From a virus (lineage: Duplodnaviria; Caudoviricetes): DNA of 37,649 nucleotides. Shown here piece after piece: positions 1 through 9,292 of this stretch. The stretch spans positions 1-37,649 of IMG/VR virus record IMGVR_UViG_3300005573_000176; one strand, 5' to 3'. The position numbers and the translations under genes were made by a program. Numbering within the stretch: position 1 is the stretch's first letter; each line of letters opens with the position of its first letter. A model generated the notes under the pieces. The model did no database searches, was not told the origin of the DNA, and worked only from the letters and a program-made list of their open reading frames with translations.

Positions 1-805
1 GTCTCAGCATATGCGGTGTCAACCCATCAACCCCAGCCACCCTGCCATACTCTCCCACCCTCCGTTGAATAAGTCTTGTACTCACACCATCCCCATGCTT
101 TCCGCAAAACAGATAAATGCCATCATTCCCCCGCACCTCCAACCATGCCTTCAAAGCCTGCCTCGCCTCCCTCCCCAGCGGAACCTCTCTTTTTTTCTCC
201 CCTTTTCCACACCACACAATCACCTTCCCCGATCGCTCCCCCAGCATCACATCCTCAACCCGCAACCCTGCCACCTCCGCCTCACGCAGCCCGCAATACA
301 ACATCAAACCGATCATCGCCCAATCTCGGACAGCTTGCACCTTCCAGTTATCTGATTTCGCCCCATTTACTGCAATCTCAACTTGCCTGAGCAATCTGCT
401 CAACTCCGCTGCCTCTAACCACCTTGGCGCCTGTTCAACCTCCTCCCAGCGCTCGATCCCCTGAAATGGGTCATAAGAAATATATCCATTTTCAAAAGAC
501 CATCTCACCAGCCTGCGCAGGCTCTCTCGATATCGATTCCATGTTGCTGGCGAATAATGATTTGCCATTATCCAAGATCGATACTCACGCAAATCTATAC
601 TCGTAATCAATGATGGATCAAATTCCTGTTTATTTACATTCTTGAACCATTTGATAAATTTATTAATATCTTCCAGATAAGATTTTATAGATTTGTTAGA
701 TAACCCATCCTCCAATAACTCTTGATGAAACGCCTGCATCCAATCCACCAATTGGAAAGGCACTTCAGCCACTCGCCATGAATTAATAACTTGACTCTTA
801 TTCAT
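1..805 (-). CDS. XerC/D-like tyrosine recombinase, 3'-truncated by window edge (diverged copy of 35975..36919)
   Basis: Position 1 aligns with 36112; ATG at 805 (MNKSQVINSWR vs MNKNQNVINSWR); GLRE, GKGEK and HMLR motifs retained. Confidence 0.88.
   Translation of the reverse strand, partial: MNKSQVINSWRVAEVPFQLVDWMQAFHQELLEDGLSNKSIKSYLEDINKFIKWFKNVNKQEFDPSLITSIDLREYRSWIMANHYSPATWNRYRESLRRLVRWSFENGYISYDPFQGIERWEEVEQAPRWLEAAELSRLLRQVEIAVNGAKSDNWKVQAVRDWAMIGLMLYCGLREAEVAGLRVEDVMLGERSGKVIVWCGKGEKKREVPLGREARQALKAWLEVRGNDGIYLFCGKHGDGVSTRLIQRRVGEYGRVAGVDGLTPHMLR
1..805. repeat. Imperfect direct repeat, copy 1 (matches 36112..36919)
   Basis: Near-identical with scattered substitutions and one codon indel near the gene start. 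Confidence 0.95.
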
Positions 806-806
806 T

Positions 807-1265
807 TTATGATTCCTTTCTTCCAATCATTTCATCCTGAACTTCTTTTACAATTCTTTCCAAATCCTCTAACTTCGCACCCCCTAATTTCGCCACCCAA
901 TCTGGCAAATCCCTCCGATCAATTTCCGTCAGCAAATAGGATGCGGCCAGATGAGCGATAATACAAAATGATTTACTCAAATTACCTCCCCAAATCTGAT
1001 AATATAAAGCATTCAAATATTCAGACAATGCATTTATTTCTCGACGCTTTAAATTAATATTCTTTCCTGATTTATCTTCTTCCAATCCAATTGCTGGCAT
1101 ATAATTTTCAACTTGAGAAGGAATATAAATAATCCCTGATCCTCTACATGTCAGACATGGATATGAAATCGTAATTGATACATTCAAACACTTTTGATCT
1201 CCATCAACCCAAAGCGGAGTTGAAACCAATCCTGTTCCATGGCATACCGGACATTTCTGATACAT
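807..1265 (-). CDS. Hypothetical protein with N-terminal DnaJ-like Zn-finger (CPVCHGTG / CLTCRGSG)
   Basis: GGAGG RBS before ATG 1265; two CxxCxGxG motifs; C-terminal domain duplicated at 37404+. Confidence 0.75.
   Translation of the reverse strand: MYQKCPVCHGTGLVSTPLWVDGDQKCLNVSITISYPCLTCRGSGIIYIPSQVENYMPAIGLEEDKSGKNINLKRREINALSEYLNALYYQIWGGNLSKSFCIIAHLAASYLLTEIDRRDLPDWVAKLGGAKLEDLERIVKEVQDEMIGRKES
831..1055. repeat. Near-perfect direct repeat, copy 1 (matches 37425..37649)
   Basis: 225 bp identical except a few substitutions (EI vs EY codon; aatgcatt vs aatacatt). Confidence 0.95.
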
Positions 1266-1287
1266 ATCACCTCCCGAAAAAAAATAA

Positions 1288-1392
1288 CTAATCCCAATCA
1301 TCATGATCGCCCATATGCCAGATAACCCAGCCCAATAAAATCAAAGCTAGAATTGCCAGCATTGGCGTAAAACAAGCATACATTTCACTCAT
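1288..1392 (-). CDS. Small single-pass membrane peptide (34 aa, MSEMYACFTPMLAILALILLGWVIWHMGDHDDWD)
   Basis: Manual translation; GAGGGG RBS; hydrophobic stretch; fills the gap in the operon. Confidence 0.5.
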   Translation of the reverse strand: MSEMYACFTPMLAILALILLGWVIWHMGDHDDWD

Positions 1393-1571
1393 AATCCCCC
1401 TCACTGAAAAATTTGACAATAACAATAAAAATAAATAAAACAACTGGTAAAGCCAACCTTGGAAAACCTAAGCTAATACATATCATCCCCCCAATCAACG
1501 AGATCCAAAATAACTTCTCATACATACAGACCTCCAGCTATCAAAACTGTTAAGAAAAAAAAAGCACAGAA

Positions 1572-1757
1572 TTAGGACTTTGCTTTATCCTTATTCTGTG
1601 CAACATCAACTAACTTTCCGTTACCGAACCGCTTTTCATACTCCTTGCGCACGATCCATGCAATTTCCATTGATATGGATCGCTTATCTAAATCAGCAAG
1701 GCGCTTTAGCATCTGTTTTATTTCAACATCGCTGGTTCTGATGTAATAATCTGCCAT
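1572..1757 (-). CDS. Arc/ribbon-helix-helix DNA-binding protein (Cro-position regulator)
   Basis: YYIR...LKRLADLDKRSISMEIAWIV Arc-like pattern; divergent from repressor. Confidence 0.75.
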   Translation of the reverse strand: MADYYIRTSDVEIKQMLKRLADLDKRSISMEIAWIVRKEYEKRFGNGKLVDVAQNKDKAKS

Positions 1758-1792
1758 TATTTAACCTAATCTTCGGAAAAATTTACCGTAAC

Positions 1793-1840
1793 TGCGGATA
1801 TTATAACAAAGTATAAATAAAATGTCAATACATGCGGATA
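1793..1840 (-). promoter_or_regulatory. Leftward consensus sigma70 promoter (TTGACA 1828-1823, 17 bp, TATAAT 1805-1800) flanked by TGCGGATA repeats (1793-1800, 1833-1840)
   Basis: Exact consensus hexamers with 17-bp spacer in the cI/cro intergenic region; repeats are candidate operators. Confidence 0.8.
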
Positions 1841-1886
1841 AAATTACAAGAATTACATAAATATTTTATGAAATAATAAAACGAGT

Positions 1887-2252
1887 ATGGATAAATTTTC
1901 CGAATGGCTTGTAATTCAATTACGTGAAAAAAATTGGTCACAATCTGAATTGGCGCGCAAAGCGAAAATATCACCACAAGTCATTTCAGATTACATCAAT
2001 GGAAAACGCAAAAAGCCCGATGAAACCATTCTTCGCAGAATTGCGAAAGCTTTCAATGTTAGTCCAGAAACAATTTTTGAAATAGTTGGTTATCTTCCAC
2101 CAAAAGAACAAGAAACCAAAACATTAGCCGAAATCAATTATTTAATTTCCACATTACCCCCAGAACAACAAGATCAAGTTTATACCTTCGTGCGTTTTCT
2201 TTGTGAAACCAAAGGAGGATATAATGCAAAAGCAAAATATTCAACCAAGTGA
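1887..2252 (+). CDS. XRE-family HTH repressor (cI-like)
   Basis: WSQSELARKAKISPQVISDYINGKRKKP HTH_3 motif; position in the genetic switch. Confidence 0.9.
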   Translation: MDKFSEWLVIQLREKNWSQSELARKAKISPQVISDYINGKRKKPDETILRRIAKAFNVSPETIFEIVGYLPPKEQETKTLAEINYLISTLPPEQQDQVYTFVRFLCETKGGYNAKAKYSTK

Positions 2253-2466
2253 GTGGCATCTGCTTTCCCCGTGGCAGCGCAAGACCATAAAATATTATTG
2301 CTACCTCCTCATCATTTACAACCAAACCAAATTGCCCCCCGAAATCAACCTGTCACTCAAAACAACCTATCTCTCATTCCTTCTCTTGCTCATCCTGCCT
2401 CATCATCCATTAGCCATCCCAACTGCCTTTGGCGCAGCCCTATCTTTTTCTATCCTAACCTATTAA
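2224..2466 (+). CDS. Small membrane protein
   Basis: AGGAGG RBS before ATG 2224; hydrophobic C-terminal segments. Confidence 0.55.
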   Translation: MQKQNIQPSEWHLLSPWQRKTIKYYCYLLIIYNQTKLPPEINLSLKTTYLSFLLLLILPHHPLAIPTAFGAALSFSILTY

Positions 2467-2470
2467 TCCC

Positions 2471-3010
2471 ATGAAAAAATATATCCTCCCCATTCTCTCC
2501 ATCATCATCTTTATCATACTCATCTCCATCACCTGCTTCGCCCTTGGCGCCATCTTTGCCAACCAGAAATCCAAACAGCCCATAATAACCCAAAATATCG
2601 TTACACAGAATGTCATCACCCAAATTATCATCACCAAAATATCCCCCACCAAATACCCAACCTATACCATCGTCCCCCCTGAACTAATCATCGTAACCGC
2701 CACACCCATACCATCCACCTCAACCCCTATCATCCCTGCTGCATCACAAACATCCTCAGCGCCAACCCAGCCACCCCTCACTGCTGATCACAATCCTGGC
2801 ATCTACCTTGTCAATGTCGATATTGCCCCTGGCGTATGGCGTAATAATGGCACAGAAAAAGGTTGCTATTGGGAAATAACAGATCGTCAAGGAAAAATAA
2901 TACAAAACTTTTTTGGACAAGCTGGAGGAACAATTTATATTCCCCAGAATGCCTTCCAAATTACTTTAGAAGAAAGATGTGGCACATGGACATACCTTGG
3001 TCCACCCTAA
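2471..3010 (+). CDS. Membrane-anchored exported protein with Pro/Thr-rich linker (possible superinfection exclusion)
   Basis: N-terminal TM/signal, TATPIP linker, C-terminal GIYLVNVDIAPGVW..CYWE domain; in the lysogeny module. Confidence 0.7.
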   Translation: MKKYILPILSIIIFIILISITCFALGAIFANQKSKQPIITQNIVTQNVITQIIITKISPTKYPTYTIVPPELIIVTATPIPSTSTPIIPAASQTSSAPTQPPLTADHNPGIYLVNVDIAPGVWRNNGTEKGCYWEITDRQGKIIQNFFGQAGGTIYIPQNAFQITLEERCGTWTYLGPP

Positions 3011-3117
3011 AAAACCAACTGACTCCCCCAAAAACAACTTCCAAAAAATGTCGTATAACCCGAAAAACAGCGTAATATGCGACAAAAAAGCCTTAAAAAA
3101 GCCATCCCATTTCCCAC

Positions 3118-3161
3118 GACTCTTAATCAGTTGGTTGCAGGTTCGAGTCCTGCACGGGTCA
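3118..3161 (+). other. attP-like core: 3' half of tRNA-Lys(CTT)
   Basis: Anticodon loop CT-CTT-AA (3120-3126), T-arm GCAGG-TTCGAGT-CCTGC, acceptor 3' strand ACGGGTC-A; no D-arm or 5' acceptor strand upstream; next to integrase. Confidence 0.88.
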
Positions 3162-3235
3162 CTGATGTCCATACCCCCATATATCCACCCTCTCCTTCCT
3201 CCCCAATCCCCCATATCTGCCTTATACCCCGTTTT

Positions 3236-3263
3236 TTGTCGCATAATATACCAAATGCGACAA
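3236..3263. promoter_or_regulatory. 11-6-11 inverted repeat TTGTCGCATAA-TATACC-AAATGCGACAA (recombinase-binding / dif-like site)
   Basis: Directly visible; related half-sites at ~3048-3058 and 3076-3086 on the other side of the att core. Confidence 0.6.
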
Positions 3264-3286
3264 ATCTTTACCCCCAGGAGCATAAA

Positions 3287-4192
3287 ATGAACCTTCCAAA
3301 CAACCAACTGATCCCCCTCGAAATCCTCGCCTTCATCACCGACCGCCAGGCTCGCCATCTCTCCAACAACACCATCAAATACTACACCGACGAACTCAAT
3401 AAATTCAGTTCCTTCCTCTCCTCCCTCGGCATCACCGCCATCCCCCAAATCACCCCCGATTCCATCCGCCAATACCTCATCCAACTATCCTCAACTCGCA
3501 ACCCCGGTGGCATCCATGCCGCTTACCGCGCCATCAAAGCCTTCCTCCGCTGGTATTCCGTCGAACTCGATGATCCTTCCATCGAGCGCCTCATCCGCAA
3601 AATCAAACCTCCCAAAATAAATCCCAAACCCTTACCCGGCATCACCCTCTCCCAAATCCAACAACTCATCCAGACCTGCGATAAATCCTTCAACGGTGCC
3701 CGTGACCGTGCCATCTTTTACACCCTCCTCGATACCGGCCTCCGCCGTGCCGAATTCACCGCCCTCAATATCCAAGATGTCAATTTCAAAACCGGCGCCA
3801 TCCAAATCCTTCACGGCAAAGGTGACAAACCTCGCACCGTCTTCATCTCTCCCTCCACCCGCCGCGAAATCCTTCGCTACCTGCGCCTCCATCCCAGCCC
3901 CCAGCCATCCTCTCCCCTCTGGGTCACTTCAAAAGGTACCCGCCTCACCATGACCGGCTTGCGTGAAATCCTCCGCCGCCGCTCCCAAAAGGCTGGCATC
4001 CCCGAACCTCAAATCCACGACTTCCGCCGTGCCTTCGCCATCGAAAGCCTCCGCAATAATGGCGATCTCGCCCGTCTATCTTATTTCCTTGGCCATTCCG
4101 ATATTAAAACTACTCAACGTTATCTTCACATCACTGATGAAGACCTCGCCGAATTTCATGACCTCACTTCCCCCGTTCAAAACCTCCCCTGA
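3287..4192 (+). CDS. int: Tyrosine integrase
   Basis: AGGAG RBS before ATG 3287; catalytic R (GLRRAE), K (GKGDK), HDFRR, LGH and Y (TQRY); adjacent to tRNA-derived att. Confidence 0.93.
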   Translation: MNLPNNQLIPLEILAFITDRQARHLSNNTIKYYTDELNKFSSFLSSLGITAIPQITPDSIRQYLIQLSSTRNPGGIHAAYRAIKAFLRWYSVELDDPSIERLIRKIKPPKINPKPLPGITLSQIQQLIQTCDKSFNGARDRAIFYTLLDTGLRRAEFTALNIQDVNFKTGAIQILHGKGDKPRTVFISPSTRREILRYLRLHPSPQPSSPLWVTSKGTRLTMTGLREILRRRSQKAGIPEPQIHDFRRAFAIESLRNNGDLARLSYFLGHSDIKTTQRYLHITDEDLAEFHDLTSPVQNLP

Positions 4193-4211
4193 AGTTGCCG
4201 TTTTCTGTGCC

Positions 4212-4490
4212 TTACGGCATCTCAATATTCGGCATCTCTACCCATTCCTGCCATCCTTCCCTTTCGACAACTTCCATCGTTTTTGTGTCAACGTAGAATC
4301 TACCTTTTCCTTCTTTGTCTCGTTTGCCTTGACTTTCGAGGAGTGCAACCCGCACCGCCCGATAGGTTTCATCATCCTCTGGAATTTCGCCAATTTCCAG
4401 GGGGATGTTGGTGGAATGGGTGAAATAGGGATAGTCAATGTCTTTGACTGCATAATAAATCTCTCCTTTTTGGTCGTAAAAGATTTTCAT
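4212..4490 (-). CDS. Small protein after tail spike (possible fibre chaperone)
   Basis: GGAGG RBS; last gene of the late operon. Confidence 0.65.
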   Translation of the reverse strand: MKIFYDQKGEIYYAVKDIDYPYFTHSTNIPLEIGEIPEDDETYRAVRVALLESQGKRDKEGKGRFYVDTKTMEVVEREGWQEWVEMPNIEMP

Positions 4491-4499
4491 TAATCCTCC

Positions 4500-5813
4500 T
4501 TATCCATAATAAGCATAACTTGCTGCGTCAGCATAGTAATTGGTTGTACATCCAGAATAATAAAGATAACTAGTTGCTTGTACTTGTGCGCCCCTTGTCA
4601 GGTATATCCCATAAGTACAATTGGTGATGCGGTGTTTCATGCCATAACCATTGTTGAATGATAAGTTACCATTATCAAACCCCCATATTCCATAGCTAAA
4701 CCCATTTACCGCCATAGCAGTACCATAGGTATCCAATTTCCCACTATTCATTACTCTTATTCCGGTGGGTGTTCCTGAGACTGCGTTCCAATAAGAATTA
4801 CAAATCTGACTAATAATAGATTCATCAACCTCTGTCACTGAATACACACTAGCATCAGCATATACATAAGTATATGATATAGTGGCTTGGGCATAATTTT
4901 GCAGAGAAATACGTGGACCAGTATTAGTCCTGACTTTGCAGTGTCTTATGCTGCAATTACGCGCATTTTGGAATCTCAAAGAAACATCGTTTGCATAAAA
5001 ACATTGAAACCACACATTATCCGAATAAGACAATGCCTGAGAAGATAATGTTGTTGCTTGCGATTTAATATATAATGTTCCAGATGGTGTTACACTTGAA
5101 TTTCCTACAACTGTTAATGTATCACTTGTATTGCTCATTATTACACTGTATTGACTATTCCAATTCGCTAAATATCCTACCCATTGATTAGTTGTCCATC
5201 CTGCTCCCGATACGGTTATTGTGCAATAATTTTCTGCGCTTCCAGTTGTTCCAGATGTAATTGTCCCAGTATAATCCGTTTGCAATGTGCCATTGATATA
5301 GATATAATAATTCCCAGTGGGATACTTGCCTTGTACCGTAAATCCACTATACGTACCACTGGCAATATTAATATAGACATCCCCACTATATTGTCCGGGT
5401 ATCTGATTGACCGCGTATTGTATTGTTGCAAACGCATTCGCCCCCGTCCCATATCCCTTGTTTTGATTATCTGTACCACTTGCACCATCCACATATAATG
5501 TCATATTGCCAAGACTTATTATCGGCGTCCAAGATGACCCATTATACATCATCAGCACTTTCCGCCCTGTCGGTGTGTGTAAAAACCACTGACCCGCTAC
5601 CGGCGAACTCGGCAGCGTTGTCCCCGATGTCACCGCGCTCGCCGCCAGCCTTGCCGCCACACTCGCATAACTCCCCCGCGGATTCGTCCCCAGCTCTGTC
5701 TCAATCGCGCTGATCTCCGCCTGCACATCATTGATATGCTCTGCCTTTACATCATCTACCCCATTCACTTTCGTCGTAAAACTCTTGATTGAATTTGGAT
5801 AACTTGCCGTCAT
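4500..5813 (-). CDS. Tail spike / receptor-binding protein with probable beta-helix domain
   Basis: N-terminal virion anchor (AEHINDVQAEISAIETELG), LYVDGASGTD..FATIQYAV motif, Asn/Ser/Tyr/Gly-rich C-terminus. Confidence 0.75.
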   Translation of the reverse strand: MTASYPNSIKSFTTKVNGVDDVKAEHINDVQAEISAIETELGTNPRGSYASVAARLAASAVTSGTTLPSSPVAGQWFLHTPTGRKVLMMYNGSSWTPIISLGNMTLYVDGASGTDNQNKGYGTGANAFATIQYAVNQIPGQYSGDVYINIASGTYSGFTVQGKYPTGNYYIYINGTLQTDYTGTITSGTTGSAENYCTITVSGAGWTTNQWVGYLANWNSQYSVIMSNTSDTLTVVGNSSVTPSGTLYIKSQATTLSSQALSYSDNVWFQCFYANDVSLRFQNARNCSIRHCKVRTNTGPRISLQNYAQATISYTYVYADASVYSVTEVDESIISQICNSYWNAVSGTPTGIRVMNSGKLDTYGTAMAVNGFSYGIWGFDNGNLSFNNGYGMKHRITNCTYGIYLTRGAQVQATSYLYYSGCTTNYYADAASYAYYG

Positions 5814-5822
5814 TCTTCCTCC

Positions 5823-6554
5823 TTAACTGATCCTCATGATATACATCACCGCCTTATAGGGTGGCAAATTACTGCTTGCATCCGTCGTCGGATTTGTATG
5901 GCTGTGCGCACTCCCCGCATTTGTCGTCGGATTCGTATGGCTGTGCGCACTCCCCGCTCCGCTGGTAATATTGTAATTATGTGTATGGTAAGAATCTGGA
6001 TAATCCTTCCAACTACCCATTACCATTTCTCTATTATAACTGGTAGCACTTGTTGTTCCGGAAATGCTGTGTGTATGGCTCGACTCACTCCCCGTATTCC
6101 CTTGTGTGTGCGTATGGCTCGCTTCACTTCCCGTACTCCCTTGTGTGTGGGTGTGTGTACTCGCTCCGCCCGTCGCCCCCACCGCATAAATTCCTCCCGC
6201 CCCCACAATGAATTTATCCCGCAAATCCGGCGTCCCATTCGTCCCATCGCACAGTGCAAACCCGCTTGGAATAGTATTCGTATCTCCATACCATAAAATA
6301 ATTCCTCCAATCGGTATCCCGGCAGAAATATATTTCAACCCAAAACTTTCGCTTGCTAATGAACTTAAAATCTGCTCATTACTACCCACAGTGAATGACC
6401 CTGCCGCATCCGCTCCGCCCGCCACTACAATCTGCCCCTTCGCCGTGAAAATATCCGGTATTCCCGCCGCAAAATTGTCCCGGATATACGTATTATGGTC
6501 TGCCGCCGTCCATAAATTCCCGGTTTGCACCGTCCTAACTATCGTATAGCTCAT
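5823..6554 (-). CDS. Tail fibre protein with collar domain and HxH repeats (paralog 2)
   Basis: IPIGGIILWYG..IPSGFALCDGTNGTPDLRDKFIVGAG collar; HTH/HSH repeats; NLPPY C-terminus. Confidence 0.85.
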   Translation of the reverse strand: MSYTIVRTVQTGNLWTAADHNTYIRDNFAAGIPDIFTAKGQIVVAGGADAAGSFTVGSNEQILSSLASESFGLKYISAGIPIGGIILWYGDTNTIPSGFALCDGTNGTPDLRDKFIVGAGGIYAVGATGGASTHTHTQGSTGSEASHTHTQGNTGSESSHTHSISGTTSATSYNREMVMGSWKDYPDSYHTHNYNITSGAGSAHSHTNPTTNAGSAHSHTNPTTDASSNLPPYKAVMYIMRIS

Positions 6555-7282
6555 GAAACCCTCATGATATAAGCCAGCGCATAATAAGGCGGCAAATTAC
6601 TGCTTGCATCCGTTGTCGGGTTGGTATGCTTATGTGCGCTTCCCGCATTTGTCGTCGGATTGGTATGGCTGTGTGCACTCCCCGCTCCTGTAGTCCCTGA
6701 AAAAGTATGGGTATGAGTATCACTTGCAATTAATGCACCTGATCCTGATGCTAATGATGTAGTTTGCGAAGCCCCTCCCGTCGTTCCTGAATAACTGTGC
6801 GTGTGGCTCGACTCACTTCCCGTATTTCCCTGTGTGTGCGTGTGACTCGATTCAAGCCCCGTATCGCCCTGCGTATGCGTGTGTGTACTTGCTCCGCCCG
6901 TTGCCCCCACCGCATAACTTCCTCCTGCCCCTACAATAAATTTATCCCGCAAATCCGGCGTCCCACTCGTCCCATCACACAGCGCAAACCCATTAGGAAT
7001 ATTCCCCACACTCCCACTCCAGATAATGATCCCTCCAATCGGTATTCCCGCCCAGGCATACTTCAATCCCAAACTCTGGCTCGAATCCGCCATCAGCACC
7101 TGTCCGTCACTGCCCGGATTCAGCACTCCCGCCGCATTCTCCCCGCTCGCCACCGCAATCTGCCCCTTCGCCGTGAAAATATCCGGCACCCCCGCCGCAA
7201 AATTGTCCCGAATATAAGTATTGTGGTTAGCCGCCGTCCATAAATCGCCTGTCGTCACCGTCGGCACCGGGTTATAAGCCAT
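6551..7282 (-). CDS. Tail fibre protein with collar domain and HxH repeats (paralog 1)
   Basis: Same architecture and length (243 aa) as 5823..6554. Confidence 0.85.
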   Translation of the reverse strand: MAYNPVPTVTTGDLWTAANHNTYIRDNFAAGVPDIFTAKGQIAVASGENAAGVLNPGSDGQVLMADSSQSLGLKYAWAGIPIGGIIIWSGSVGNIPNGFALCDGTSGTPDLRDKFIVGAGGSYAVGATGGASTHTHTQGDTGLESSHTHTQGNTGSESSHTHSYSGTTGGASQTTSLASGSGALIASDTHTHTFSGTTGAGSAHSHTNPTTNAGSAHKHTNPTTDASSNLPPYYALAYIMRVS

Positions 7283-7769
7283 CTTTCCCCTCCTTAATTA
7301 TCCTGTTCTCCTTCTCCAATTTCTCCCGCTTCTCCCCCGGCATCCATGACCGTTGTAACCGCCCCACCATCACCTTCGCCGTCATCGCCCGCTGAAACAC
7401 ATTTCCCCCTCTTTCCTCCACCGGTCTCTCCAATAATAATTCCTCAATCCTCTCCCGATCCTTCGGAAAAATCACCCTCCTTGCCTTTCCCCCAATCTCC
7501 CTATTCCCGCAGCTCAAACAGAAGAAAATCCCATCCTCTACATCCACATATTCCGCCCCTCCGCAATCCGGACAATCCGCAATCCATCTCCCGTAATCAA
7601 TCCTCGCCTCCACCGCATCTGCCTCATCCTCTATCACTGTTTCTCCATCCCACGCCTTCTCGATCAATCCCTTCCTCGCCAATTGCTCGCTCCGCTTCTG
7701 CATCCATTCCCGATAAGTCCTCATCCCGTCTCTCGCCGCGATATCTTTTCCATTCAATATCTTACCCAT
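7272..7769 (-). CDS. Hypothetical Zn-ribbon protein in tail module
   Basis: CPDC / CLSC motifs; in operon. Confidence 0.7.
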   Translation of the reverse strand: MGKILNGKDIAARDGMRTYREWMQKRSEQLARKGLIEKAWDGETVIEDEADAVEARIDYGRWIADCPDCGGAEYVDVEDGIFFCLSCGNREIGGKARRVIFPKDRERIEELLLERPVEERGGNVFQRAMTAKVMVGRLQRSWMPGEKREKLEKENRIIKEGKDGL

Positions 7770-7777
7770 TCCGACTC

Positions 7778-9292
7778 CTAATATGCAAACACACTGCTGA
7801 TCCCAATCTGGGTCGTGAACATCCAGTATCCGCTGAAATCTTCCGTTGGCTCCAAAATAAATCTCGTCCGCACCGCATTCCCGCCCTCATCCATCCAGTT
7901 ATGCTCTACATAGGCAATGTCATAATCACCGTCAATCGCCTTCGCGCTCACCGTCAATGTCACCGTGTCGAACAAATCCAGCGCAAACTGGATATTCGCC
8001 CTTCCCTCCACTTCAATCATCGGATATTTGATTGGACTGCTTAGCTTATTTCTCAAAAATCCCGCAAAATCAATCGCCATATTTGTATCTTGGATCATCT
8101 CATTATCCAGCCGCATCGTCCGTATCTGATATAAATTCTGGCTGCTCGTATCCTCCCTTAATATCGTCGTTGTATTGATACTGCTCAGCGCATTTCCCCT
8201 CAGCCTCAAAAAAGTAATATACCCGCTATTGCTCCCATTATTCGTCACCGTCAGTTTTGCCGCCGCGCTGAATGCCGTCATCGTCACACTGAATGAACTC
8301 GTTAAATCCGCGCCCGTCCCATCACTGGCACTGTTCGCCAGATAATCCGTCGTTGCGGCTGGTGTTATCACATCGCTCGCCGGTACCGATTCATTATTAT
8401 AGGTATAATTCGCCCATATCTCCATGCTGTCCCCCGCTCCCAAATACACCACATCCTGCATCCGCCAGATTTCCACACCATCATATCGTTTCCTCGGTCT
8501 GGCTGTCACATAAATTCGATTCCGCACCACCTCCCACGGCTGTGGTATCACAATTTCCTTCAATAATTTATCCTGCGTCAGCGTCATCTCCGGCGTGCCA
8601 ATATGATGTCGGCTGTAAAACCGCAGCTTTCCATCCACATCCACAAACGCCCTTCCCAAAAACGCATTGCATAATTCATCGATTGCCTGCCATCCCTTCT
8701 TATCCATCGTCCACCAGTATGGCAGCGTATCCTTATTATCTTCAATCACACTTCCCCCATCCCATCCACACGAACTCAAAATCATTGCAATCGCATCTGC
8801 CACCAGCAAATTCTCATACAATACATCCTGAATATCCTGCTGGCTTAAAATCGTGATTCCATCCACAATCTCCATCCGCACTTGCTCATCTATCCCGCCC
8901 TTCGGCTGAATGTCATTGATATACCCGTAAAAAACGTTATATCGCGTCCAGTCTAAATCATCCTGTACCCATAAATAACATTTCACCCCCGGCCGCACGT
9001 ACGGATAAATCGGCGATCCGCTGTTATAGGGGTCATACCTCCCATCAGAGTTATCCAAGATAATCGTTACCGTCCCAGCCCGCACATCCTCGAACCCACT
9101 TCCATCCGATCTCACATAATTTTCCCTCCCCCTCCTTAATGACAATGATTTCATCCGCTCTGCCTCATTGTCGCCGCTAAAAATTCCATCATTATCCCAA
9201 TCCACCTGCAAAGCCCAGGATAACGTGTTTTGAGCCGCTCTCTGCCCGTATTTCGTCCCATCGCCATACTTAAAATGATTATATCTAGCCAT
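7778..9292 (-). CDS. Tail tip / hub (minor tail) protein
   Basis: 504 aa directly after tape measure; LDNSDGRYDP and FVDVDGKLRF motifs typical of minor tail proteins. Confidence 0.75.
   Translation of the reverse strand: MARYNHFKYGDGTKYGQRAAQNTLSWALQVDWDNDGIFSGDNEAERMKSLSLRRGRENYVRSDGSGFEDVRAGTVTIILDNSDGRYDPYNSGSPIYPYVRPGVKCYLWVQDDLDWTRYNVFYGYINDIQPKGGIDEQVRMEIVDGITILSQQDIQDVLYENLLVADAIAMILSSCGWDGGSVIEDNKDTLPYWWTMDKKGWQAIDELCNAFLGRAFVDVDGKLRFYSRHHIGTPEMTLTQDKLLKEIVIPQPWEVVRNRIYVTARPRKRYDGVEIWRMQDVVYLGAGDSMEIWANYTYNNESVPASDVITPAATTDYLANSASDGTGADLTSSFSVTMTAFSAAAKLTVTNNGSNSGYITFLRLRGNALSSINTTTILREDTSSQNLYQIRTMRLDNEMIQDTNMAIDFAGFLRNKLSSPIKYPMIEVEGRANIQFALDLFDTVTLTVSAKAIDGDYDIAYVEHNWMDEGGNAVRTRFILEPTEDFSGYWMFTTQIGISSVFAY

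Noticed and set aside
3090-3165. Functional tRNA-Lys gene
   Set aside because: Only the anticodon loop to acceptor 3' strand is present; no D-arm or pairing 5' strand
3077-3286. N-terminal 70-aa extension of the integrase in the ORF track
   Set aside because: It runs through the att core; a good RBS precedes ATG 3287
5823-7282. Diversity-generating retroelement TR/VR pair or shufflon
   Set aside because: No reverse transcriptase; both copies are full genes; differences are not adenine-specific; copies are direct, not inverted
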